From contig NC_008818.1 of assembly GCF_000015145.1 (NCBI RefSeq), forward strand, positions 240,001 to 272,000: DNA of 32,000 bases. Reading direction: 5' to 3'. Under the pieces are notes generated by a model. That model worked only from the letters and a program-made list of their open reading frames with translations. It was not told where the DNA came from and ran no database searches. The translations under genes and the position numbers were made by a program. How positions within the stretch are numbered: the first letter of the stretch is position 1; each line of letters begins with the position of its first letter. Source of the DNA: Hyperthermus butylicus DSM 5456. GTDB taxonomy: Archaea > Thermoproteota > Thermoprotei_A > Sulfolobales > Pyrodictiaceae. Of the stretch, positions 16,886-24,465 are shown one piece after another.

Positions 16886-17719
16886 CTAGAGTTTAACCTC
16901 CGCGAGGAGGTCCTCTAGCAGCTCCAGCTCGGGGAACTCGAGGACGCCAAGCTCCTCGGCTAGAACGTAGGGTTTCACTTTACGTAGGTCGACCTCCTCC
17001 CGGAGTATCGGGGAGAGATACGTGTCGGGAGAGAGGGTGACGCTAGTACCAGTCTGATACTGGCCCACGGCGGGCAACACGACAAGGGCCGCCTGGAGCC
17101 TTGGGTAGGGCGCCACGAGGAACGCGGGGAGCTTGGCAATGAAGCCTAGCCGGTCTCGCAGCCTCAGACTCGGGTGCTCATGCCCCATAATGACTACCTC
17201 GACCCTGCCGGGATAGTCGCCCTCGGGTTTCCGGTGGCCATGCACTACTAGGATCCCGTCCTGGTATAGCTCCTTGACCACCTCTACGCCATACCTTTCA
17301 GCAACTATCGGCAAGTAGTTATCATGGTTGCCCCTTACAACTGTAACCCGGACCCTCCGCTCCTCCCGGAGGAACTGGAAGAGACGGGACAGCTCCTCCC
17401 TCTCGCTCGGCAGCAACCTGGAGAAGCTATGCTTGACGTCGCCGGCGAATATCACCCATTCAGCCCCGGTTTCGTTGAGCCCCCTCCGAACAACATCGAG
17501 GCTACGGAGCAGCTGGACACGCGGGATAAAGTAGCCCTGCCGGGCAGCCTCCTCCTCAAACCCTAGATGCAAATCCGCTACTACCAGCGCATTCAGCCTC
17601 CTAACATACACTGCCGGTAGGTCACCAACAACCTCGACACCCGGCGCTATCTCCAGCAAGGCCATAGTCACCATCACTCTATTGTTGTGGGCCGCGGGGG
17701 AATCCGCCCGCGCATCCAC
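16886..17719 (-). CDS. metallophosphoesterase (archaeal SbcD/Mre11-related, MJ0037-like)
   Basis: VVADLHLGFE, AGDVKH, RGNHD, VVHGH and MGHEHP motifs. The maximal ORF is given. A more likely start is ATG 17674 or 17665 (MALLEIAPGVEVVGD), because the extra N-terminal codons lie in a GC-rich hairpin-forming stretch. Confidence 0.8.
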   Translation of the reverse strand: MDARADSPAAHNNRVMVTMALLEIAPGVEVVGDLPAVYVRRLNALVVADLHLGFEEEAARQGYFIPRVQLLRSLDVVRRGLNETGAEWVIFAGDVKHSFSRLLPSEREELSRLFQFLREERRVRVTVVRGNHDNYLPIVAERYGVEVVKELYQDGILVVHGHRKPEGDYPGRVEVVIMGHEHPSLRLRDRLGFIAKLPAFLVAPYPRLQAALVVLPAVGQYQTGTSVTLSPDTYLSPILREEVDLRKVKPYVLAEELGVLEFPELELLEDLLAEVKL

Positions 17720-17852
17720 AAGGGGGCCGATACGGCCCCAATGACCGAGGGGCTTACGGGGGAGCGGGGGCAGAGCCCGCGGCCCACCCGTGAGTCTTCC
17801 TTAGAATACACAGCGGGGTTTTCTCCGAAACGTTTTCAGCTACAAGCCCTAA

Positions 17853-18155
17853 GTGCATTATTTCTCGGAGGCGTATGGCGCCGTGAGACCGGCAGCCTAC
17901 GCTGCTGCCGCCCTGGTACTATTCGCCTTTACTCTTCTTGCGGGCACTAGCACCGGCCTAATAGCCGCAGAGAAGGAGAAGCATAGCAATACACGATGCT
18001 GTGAAGGACTATGTTGTTTCCCGCTTGGCTACCAGCCTAGTAGCTGGGGTAGTGTTGAGCCATTCCATAGACAGGGCCTCTGTGAAAGGGAACATATAAA
18101 TCGAACCAGTAACAGAGACGACAATACTCAATTTTGTTGCAATGACAGTAGCTAA
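17853..18155 (+). CDS. hypothetical small protein with signal/TM segment and Cys doublets (doubtful)
   Basis: ORF only. Hydrophobic AAYAAAALVLFAFTLLAGTSTGLIAA is followed by a region with 7 Cys (CC..CC...C...CC). Codon usage is atypical (A/T-ending) and it sits at the left edge of the low-GC island. An alternative GTG start lies at 17884. Confidence 0.25.
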   Translation: MHYFSEAYGAVRPAAYAAAALVLFAFTLLAGTSTGLIAAEKEKHSNTRCCEGLCCFPLGYQPSSWGSVEPFHRQGLCEREHINRTSNRDDNTQFCCNDSS

Positions 18156-18426
18156 TCTCCATACTGAACCCCTGCTAATACCTAGCTATGACTTAGCAAG
18201 CATAAACTCATTCACAGCATATACCGACACACTGTTACCCTTCTTCTCCCCGGCTCCAGAAGCCCTAGCCGGAGAAGGGACAGCTTCAAATAAAACATGC
18301 TACGTCATGAATGCACATGTGAACAATATGACATATCATCGGGAGATTATAGTCAGATGCCTATCCTACATGATAGTTGTTAGGGAGAACACCACCATTC
18401 CCTCATACCCCCGGCTTCCTCTATAA
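18142..18426 (+). CDS. hypothetical protein or gene fragment in the low-GC island
   Basis: 94-aa ORF with atypical composition. It overlaps the previous ORF by 14 nt and an open +1 frame (18377-18556) by 50 nt. Confidence 0.3.
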   Translation: MTVANLHTEPLLIPSYDLASINSFTAYTDTLLPFFSPAPEALAGEGTASNKTCYVMNAHVNNMTYHREIIVRCLSYMIVVRENTTIPSYPRLPL

Positions 18427-18556
18427 CACATACAGGATCAAGTATGGCGATAGGCTTGAGTACGAGTTCATCAGTACTACACACTCCAAAGAATTCATGG
18501 ATCCCAAGACGATATATGAGGAGTATGTGAAGTCCATTTTCGATACCAAATCATGA

Positions 18557-19039
18557 GTGCCTATCCTGGTAAAGATGGAGTACAAGTTTGTAACAGAGAA
18601 GAACACAACCACCCTCTTAATTCTCGATGCCAGGTTCTCAAGCAGGAAAGCCCAGCTATACTTCAAGACGTTTGACGTAGGCGAGTACCGGGGCGTAATG
18701 CCCGCCGAGTCTGTCCAGCAACTTTACAAGGCTATCCGCCAGCTTAGCAAAATAACTAGTGTAATGGTATCGCCAACAGGTACTGTGGAGGTTAACGGCA
18801 CCACATTTCAGGCCTACAATGCGAGAATAATCATTAATGGCACCGTGAGCTACCGTTATAGCCAGCTAGAGCTGCACTGTATAATTAAGGGCGTCTACGC
18901 CAAGATAGGCTCGCTACTCTACCCCCTAGATGTTAGGGTGAAGGAGTACCGTGCAGTGCTGACAAGTGGAGACACGTGTATTAGTATGGTGCTGGATACG
19001 CCGCTATACACCACTAGCAAGATATCGCCCGCCAGGTAA
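18557..19039 (+). CDS. hypothetical protein (low-GC island)
   Basis: 160-aa ORF, beta-rich-looking, with several N-x-T/S sequons. The same frame is open upstream to 18377 and is interrupted only by TGA 18554-18556. A later start at ATG 18575 (MEYKF) is possible. No family recognised. Confidence 0.45.
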   Translation: MPILVKMEYKFVTEKNTTTLLILDARFSSRKAQLYFKTFDVGEYRGVMPAESVQQLYKAIRQLSKITSVMVSPTGTVEVNGTTFQAYNARIIINGTVSYRYSQLELHCIIKGVYAKIGSLLYPLDVRVKEYRAVLTSGDTCISMVLDTPLYTTSKISPAR

Positions 19040-19104
19040 CGGCTGCGTGATGACGGGAGGAAGCATACCCGGTGTTAGGGAGGGTGTGATAGGGTAGGAG
19101 AGCC

Positions 19105-19683
19105 TTGGCTAAGCTGGCACCCTGGATACCGACGCCGGTAAGCGTTGTCTATGCTGCATTGGAGGCTGCATGGGCCGGGCCATGCGATGTCGTCTACGAC
19201 CTTGGCTCCGGCGACGGCAGAGTAGTCGTTATCGCTGCCAGGGACTTCTGTGTAGAGAAGGCTGTGGGTGTGGAGATCGACCCGGCGCTGGTCGAGGTGT
19301 CAAAAGCCAAGGCTAGAATGGAGGGTGTTGCTGACCGTGTCGAGATTATCGAGGATAGCTTCTTCAATGTTAGCCTCCGCGGTGCCACACTGGTTTTCCT
19401 ATACCTCTACAAGAGCATAAACGAGCAGCTAAGGCCGAAGCTCGAAGAGGAGCTGGAACCAGGTGCGAGGGTTGTAACGATAGACTTCCCTGTGCCTGGC
19501 TGGCTCCCCGTGAGAGTGCGAAGGCTCCGCGACGAATCAGACATACTCCGAACAATCCATGTCTACGTGATAGGAATTAGTGATACACATTGGGCACGTC
19601 GAGGCATAGAATTGGGGGCAGCAACTTCACAGCTCACAGCGCTTACATGTAGGAAGATTTGTACAGCAAGATCGAAACAATAA
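19105..19683 (+). CDS. class I SAM-dependent methyltransferase
   Basis: Motif I VVYDLGSGDGRVVVIAA, motif II acidic residue in AVGVEID, and post-I/III blocks ATLVFLYL. TTG start. Confidence 0.8.
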   Translation: MAKLAPWIPTPVSVVYAALEAAWAGPCDVVYDLGSGDGRVVVIAARDFCVEKAVGVEIDPALVEVSKAKARMEGVADRVEIIEDSFFNVSLRGATLVFLYLYKSINEQLRPKLEEELEPGARVVTIDFPVPGWLPVRVRRLRDESDILRTIHVYVIGISDTHWARRGIELGAATSQLTALTCRKICTARSKQ

Positions 19684-19742
19684 CAGCGTAGTGCCGACTT
19701 GCAGGTCTGGCTGTGCCCCCGGTACCAGCCCCGTGTGCCGCA

Positions 19743-20819
19743 CTATACCACTTTAGCTATGAATATCCCGTCCTTATCGCGGATTATGCGTGCCAATACG
19801 ATGTCGCCAGGCTCCAGGCCCTTGGCTGCCACTATTGTTACGAGGCGCTGCCGGTCCATCGTCACTGCGAGCTTCTCGCCCCTCAGCCAGCCAGGCCCTG
19901 CAACTACCAGCTTTACACGCTGACCCGCCCGTATTGGATGCCGTACACGTGGCGCATACCTCATGCCCCACTCATCCATGCTCCATGTTAGCCTTACTCC
20001 TAGCTCCTCCTCCAGCCTCTTCATCTTCTCCCAGAACTTGTTCCAGGGTATCTCCCTCACGCCTGGCGGGTGCCTGCCGTAGCGGTGCCTGATATACTTC
20101 TGGATTGTTACCGGCGGCCACTTCTTCCCGGCACCGATCCTGTATGCCCACTTGACGATCTCCACTATATCGTCATCGTTTATCCCGGGGAGCCAGACTG
20201 GGGTTACGTGTAGGTCTATACTGGTCTCCCTAGCTATGTACTCTGCTAGCTCAATAACCCTCCGGACGTCGTACCAGGGGGTGCCGGCAAGCTTCCTAGC
20301 TTTCTCGGGGTTGAGGCTCTCTATGCTTAGGTTTACCCGGTCCAGCCCTGCTTCCTCGAGTTTGCCGATAAGCTCCTTTGTGAGGGTCTCCCCGTGCGTT
20401 TCAGCAGCTACACTTCTGACGACACCAGTCTCTTTCAGTAACTTCACGAGTCTTGGCAGCCAGGGGTAGGCGAATGGGTCACCAACACCGTCTATTAGTG
20501 CCTCGACGTGTACGCCCTTCTCAACTGCTACCTTGTGGACCCACCCTGCCAGCCACTCGGGCTCCACTATGTACTCTGCCTGGCGCCACCTGCTCCGAGG
20601 CCCTGCATCTACACTGCAGAAAATACAGCTCAGCGGACAGATCGTGGTAGGGCGCACTTGAAGCACGTTAGTGCCACGGTCTATTACACCGAACTGTATT
20701 ACGCCGATGAGGGGTAGGGGCTCGGTGACGAGGTATACTGGGCGGCCCCACACACGGCCCCAAAGCCGCAGACCTAGCGCCTCAACAACCTCCCTCACAG
20801 CCCCAGGCACACCCCACAA
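19743..20819 (-). CDS. radical SAM protein (COG2100-like) with C-terminal beta-barrel (TRAM-like) extension
   Basis: CPLSCIFCS (CX3CX2C), GVGDPF, NLSIESLN. The C-terminal roughly 70 aa (GQRVKLVVAGPGWLRGEKLAV...GDIVLARIIRDKDGIFIAKVV) resembles a TRAM/OB-type fold. Confidence 0.8.
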   Translation of the reverse strand: MWGVPGAVREVVEALGLRLWGRVWGRPVYLVTEPLPLIGVIQFGVIDRGTNVLQVRPTTICPLSCIFCSVDAGPRSRWRQAEYIVEPEWLAGWVHKVAVEKGVHVEALIDGVGDPFAYPWLPRLVKLLKETGVVRSVAAETHGETLTKELIGKLEEAGLDRVNLSIESLNPEKARKLAGTPWYDVRRVIELAEYIARETSIDLHVTPVWLPGINDDDIVEIVKWAYRIGAGKKWPPVTIQKYIRHRYGRHPPGVREIPWNKFWEKMKRLEEELGVRLTWSMDEWGMRYAPRVRHPIRAGQRVKLVVAGPGWLRGEKLAVTMDRQRLVTIVAAKGLEPGDIVLARIIRDKDGIFIAKVV

Positions 20820-20978
20820 TGATAATAGGACCTCCTTGCAGGCCTACGGGAGGACGTGCCGGTTCCACCCTTAAATTGATGCAGCGAGGGCAGGCAGTGC
20901 ATAGCTAGCAGGCAGACGGAGAAGGGCAAGGCCTATTTTCTACTCCTCACGCTCGCTGCCCATGGTGGTGTCCTCGGC

Positions 20979-21881
20979 TTGGCTCAGCTGCAGAAGCTCA
21001 GCAACCGGGTCTACCTTCTACCGGGAAGTCCTAACACCCTCATAGTGCTCGACAACGACAAGGCTTACGTTGTTGATCCAGGTATAGGGGATGGAAGGAC
21101 TGCGGCCATCGCGGAGGCTCTGGGGAGACTTAGAGCCGAGCTAGCGGGCATAGTGCTTACGCACGGACACACAGACCATCTTGCAGCTGGCCTGGAGCTT
21201 GTAAGGCCTGGTGTGGAGGTGTATGCTCACCGGTATTGTGTACCGCTAGTGGAGAGCATGGAGGCTAGGTTCTTGCTAGTCTACAGTGGCCTCGTAACGG
21301 CTGAACTTGCCTCCATGCCGCTGGTGACCCTTGGCGTTACCTCGCCGTTTGACTGGGGCCACCAGCTGCCAGCAGGGATGAAGACTCTCGACCTTCACGG
21401 CCACACTCCAGGTCACACAGGGATACTGCTAGAGGAGGACCACATCGCGGCTGCTGGCGACGCTGTTCTCGGCGAGAAAGTGTTGTCTAGGTTCGGCATA
21501 CCCTTCGCCAGCAACCTCCGCGAGTGGTATGAGAGGCTGCCAACCCTCCGTGAGCTAGCCGAGGCGGGTTACACCATAGTACCAGGCCACGGTCCGGTAG
21601 CTGGCGGCAGCAGAGCACGTTCCATGGTCGAGGCCAACATGGCCGCGGTCGAGAGAGTCTACAACTACGTGCTAGACAAGATAAGGGAAATGGGTGGAGC
21701 AACCGTGGAGAAGCTCACAGTTATGGCTACCAGGGATCTCTCAGCCGTGGAGCCCACGCCGAGACAGTTGATGCTCAACAGAACAGCAATACACTCCATA
21801 CTAGCCTGGCTCCACGAAGAAGGCAAGGTGGAACCCATAGCTAGCGATGAGGGCGTTGTGTGGAAGCCGAAGCAGCTCTGA
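20979..21881 (+). CDS. MBL-fold metallo-hydrolase with C-terminal winged-helix-like domain
   Basis: LTHGHTDH (HxHxDH), later HGHTPGH and PGHG. The C-terminal roughly 70 aa (VLDKIREMGGATVEKL...ILAWLHEEGKVEPI) looks wHTH-like. TTG start. Confidence 0.8.
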   Translation: MAQLQKLSNRVYLLPGSPNTLIVLDNDKAYVVDPGIGDGRTAAIAEALGRLRAELAGIVLTHGHTDHLAAGLELVRPGVEVYAHRYCVPLVESMEARFLLVYSGLVTAELASMPLVTLGVTSPFDWGHQLPAGMKTLDLHGHTPGHTGILLEEDHIAAAGDAVLGEKVLSRFGIPFASNLREWYERLPTLRELAEAGYTIVPGHGPVAGGSRARSMVEANMAAVERVYNYVLDKIREMGGATVEKLTVMATRDLSAVEPTPRQLMLNRTAIHSILAWLHEEGKVEPIASDEGVVWKPKQL

Positions 21882-22114
21882 GCTGCGCAACGCAGCCGAG
21901 ATACGTTACGGGATCCCCCAAGCCGGGACTGTCCGTCACACACCACATCTCCAAGATCTATTTCGCCTAGCTTGGAGCCTTACGCTGGCCAGCTATGCCC
22001 TCCTCTGTACTTGTGCAGCTTCTGGCCTAGCTGACACTATCCATACATTAGCATCATGCACCTCTGCACTGCTGCCTAGGTGTTTTCGCTATTTCCATCG
22101 CTAGCCGGCTGCTC

Positions 22115-22891
22115 CTAGCCCTGGAGTATGCGGGGGCCGCTGCTGTCTACAAGTATCACTGTACCTACGTGGGCTTCTATGAGCATGTCGGGGTACATTT
22201 CCCCTATCACCCTCTTTATAATGTCCCCGCTGCAGTGTATTGGGGCTGCCTTCTCTACGCCGAGCTCGCGGAGCCTAGAGACGATCCTCATGTTGTCCCC
22301 GATGGGTGCCCCAAGCGTGTGGAAGCCGCCGATGACGAATCTTACTGGTTCTCCGAGGACATCTATTGCCTCTTCTACTAGGCGGTCTACGCCTGTATGG
22401 CTACAGCCAACGAGGAGCACCACGCCATAACCTGATACGTTGATTGCTAGTGCTGACTCCCATGGTGGGCCGTAGAGGGGCTCTAGGAGGATTATGCCTG
22501 GCGCTATCACGGTGGTGTTGAGCACTATGTTATCTGCAGGGGTGCCCGGTGGCCCATAGCTCTCCACGCCAGGGTTGTCGAGTAGGATTGCCCAATAGCC
22601 GCCGGTGTGGTCTCTGTGAAAGTGACTAAACACCACAATGTCTATGTTGGAAAGGTTTACCCCGGCCTTCTCCGCATTGGCGCGTAGCACTGTTGGCGAG
22701 GGCCCTGTGTCGAAGAGAATCAGCTTCTTCGGGGTCTCTACTAGTATTGCAATGCCCCAGGCGCCCCTAAACCCGTCCCAGTCGTTATTGTCTACGAGCA
22801 CGGTGAGCTTAACCCACTCCACGCTACCAGCCTCCATCCGGGTCCCCCCATCTTCCAGCACACCTGTCCGGGTTTGTGTCTGGGACTCCAC
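22115..22891 (-). CDS. MBL-fold metallo-hydrolase (COG1237-like)
   Basis: LTVLVDN, GIAILVE, FSHFHRDHTGG, GCSHTG, CSG. Alternative start at ATG 22837 (MEAGSVEWVKL). Confidence 0.8.
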   Translation of the reverse strand: MESQTQTRTGVLEDGGTRMEAGSVEWVKLTVLVDNNDWDGFRGAWGIAILVETPKKLILFDTGPSPTVLRANAEKAGVNLSNIDIVVFSHFHRDHTGGYWAILLDNPGVESYGPPGTPADNIVLNTTVIAPGIILLEPLYGPPWESALAINVSGYGVVLLVGCSHTGVDRLVEEAIDVLGEPVRFVIGGFHTLGAPIGDNMRIVSRLRELGVEKAAPIHCSGDIIKRVIGEMYPDMLIEAHVGTVILVDSSGPRILQG

Positions 22892-23096
22892 CGTAGTAGT
22901 TTATGGTGGGTGCACGGCTAGCGCTGGGGCTATAAACACAATATGGCTTGTGGCAGGCCAGCCAAGGGAGTCATACATTCTACCAGTTCTCGTAGACTGT
23001 GTTGACGCCGAGAGAGCCGACGGCGCCATGGGGCTTCTAGCGACAAACCTTCCCTAGGTATACCGCCTGCTAGGCCTCAGTGCCTACGATCTGCTG

Positions 23097-23621
23097 GTGC
23101 TCTACATGGATCTCCTCGGTGGCGACATTGACACCGCTCTGGAGGTGTTGAGGGATCTGGGGCTCGAGCCGGTGCTTCTCCAGAGGCGCAAGCCATGGCA
23201 ACTCTCTGCCGGCCAGCTCAAGGCCTATACTACAGCTGCCGCGCTAGCCTCGAAAACCTCTAACGTGCTCCTCGACGAGCCATTCGAGCAGCTTGACCCG
23301 GCTAGGAAGCTCAGGATGCTCCGCCGGCTCCGCAGCTACCAGGGCACCCTAGTGCTAAGCACTCATGAGACATGGGTGCTGAACCAGCTACGCGACTGGA
23401 GCGTCTACATAATGTTCTCGGGAAGGCTCTACGGCCCCGTAGAGGCCTCAAGACTAGCTAAGGCCAGGATTGTGGCGGGGAGGAGGGCTGACGCTCTCCT
23501 CGTAGTGGAGACGGGGGAGGGCTCAGTGAGCTTCGTAGAGTCTGGCGAGGGCCGCCCGGTCTCTGAGATACTCACCCTAGACCGTGTATATGAGCTGTTT
23601 GCGGGGAGTGCAGCTAGTTGA
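23097..23621 (+). CDS. ABC ATPase-like protein lacking a Walker A region (truncated or degenerate)
   Basis: Has the signature LSAGQ, Walker B VLLDEPFEQLD and H-loop STHE, but no P-loop. The same frame is open upstream to about 22950 (..LVAGQPRESYILPVLVD..) and is interrupted by TAG 23055-23057. The stop overlaps the TTG of the next ORF (TTGA, 23618-23621). Confidence 0.6.
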   Translation: MLYMDLLGGDIDTALEVLRDLGLEPVLLQRRKPWQLSAGQLKAYTTAAALASKTSNVLLDEPFEQLDPARKLRMLRRLRSYQGTLVLSTHETWVLNQLRDWSVYIMFSGRLYGPVEASRLAKARIVAGRRADALLVVETGEGSVSFVESGEGRPVSEILTLDRVYELFAGSAAS

Positions 23622-23676
23622 CACTATACTTGGTTTACAAGGTTAGGAGCGTACTCCTAAACCCCGCTGTGATAGT

Positions 23677-24465
23677 ATGGGCTATACTCTTCGTGCTATT
23701 CTGGGTCGTGATGGCCGTTTATATCTTTGGGGCTGGCTGCTGGAGAAGAGGGGTGAGCCATGGTACCGCTACGCCGTCGAGAGCTACGTGTCCACGATGT
23801 ATGCTAGCCTTGGCTTCATATCGATGGGCTCTACTGCTACAAGCCTGGCCTCTGCCATACCATACGCCTCAGCCGTAATAAGGTACGTGACAAGGTTTAC
23901 CAGGCTCAACTCTAAGCTGTTCGTGGTGGAGGATCTCGCCTCAAGCATTACAGCCCTCGTAGCCACTGCCTCCACGATAATAGTCTCGACTGTGCTCCTC
24001 GCCTGGCAGCGCTACGGCATCCTCGTAGTGCCCGAGAACCCGTTCGGGCTCCTAGCAGTACTCGTGGTGCTCGGCATCTTCTACTACTTGCTGGCAGTAA
24101 TGCTGGGATTTGCAGCGCTGGCAGCTGGCTACTCTAGGTTTAAGCATGCACTAGTCATGCTGCCCCCGCTGCTATCGTTTATCCCCTACGCCGCGCTCTT
24201 CGTGGACGTGGGCAATAGCATTGGCTACATCTACCCGGCCTCTGGGCTTGTGGCACTGGCCATAGGTTATGCAAGCGGGGAGACGCCACCAGCAAGCGGT
24301 ATCCTAGAGTGGACCGCTACCTGGCCACACACTGGCTTCAAGCCCGTAGACCCGCTACTCGTAGCAGTCTCGACAGCGACCTGGCTAGCACTGATGACCG
24401 CTGCCTCCGTGGTGCTGGTACGCCGGTCTAAGAGCGTCTCTGTGGAGGAGGTTGGGCCCCTCTAG
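23677..24465 (+). CDS. ABC-2-type permease-like polytopic membrane protein (N-terminus probably lost by frameshift)
   Basis: 262-aa ORF with about 6 hydrophobic helices. A typical permease N-terminus plus TM1 (MTLYLVYKVRSVLLNPAVIVWAILFVLFWVVMAVYIFGAG) is encoded in the neighbouring frame from TTG 23618. It is translationally coupled to the ATPase stop, and the frames switch near 23735-23745. Confidence 0.6.
   Translation: MGYTLRAILGRDGRLYLWGWLLEKRGEPWYRYAVESYVSTMYASLGFISMGSTATSLASAIPYASAVIRYVTRFTRLNSKLFVVEDLASSITALVATASTIIVSTVLLAWQRYGILVVPENPFGLLAVLVVLGIFYYLLAVMLGFAALAAGYSRFKHALVMLPPLLSFIPYAALFVDVGNSIGYIYPASGLVALAIGYASGETPPASGILEWTATWPHTGFKPVDPLLVAVSTATWLALMTAASVVLVRRSKSVSVEEVGPL

Noticed and set aside
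17722-17787. tRNA-like features: acceptor-like GGGGGCC pairing 6/7 with GGCCCAC, and a T-arm-like GCGGG-7nt-CCCGC.
   Set aside because: It is only 66 nt. No D-arm or anticodon arm can be drawn. The loop GGCAGAG lacks the TTC(R)A T-loop consensus, and the 5' part is consumed by a separate 7-bp hairpin. It is neither a tRNA nor a convincing tRNA half.
19048-19061. 14-nt exact repeat TGATGACGGGAGGA, also present at 31347-31360; both copies begin a potential ATG-ACG-GGA-GGA (MTGG) reading frame.
   Set aside because: A few chance 14-mer repeats are expected in 32 kb on both strands (about 1e9 pair comparisons against 2.7e8 possible 14-mers). The flanks do not extend the match, and one copy is simply the EamA start codon region.
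21882-21896. Perfect hairpin GCTGCG-CAA-CGCAGC immediately after the MBL hydrolase stop, resembling a bacterial intrinsic terminator.
   Set aside because: No following U-tract is present, and archaeal termination relies on oligo-T rather than hairpins. A 6-bp GC stem is not unusual in this composition.
23055-23057. Recoding of in-frame stops: TAG 23055 as pyrrolysine, or TGA 18554-18556 as selenocysteine or read-through.
   Set aside because: No pyl or sel machinery or SECIS-like context is evident, and neither system is expected in this lineage. The surrounding genes show other signs of decay, so simple nonsense mutations are the more economical reading.
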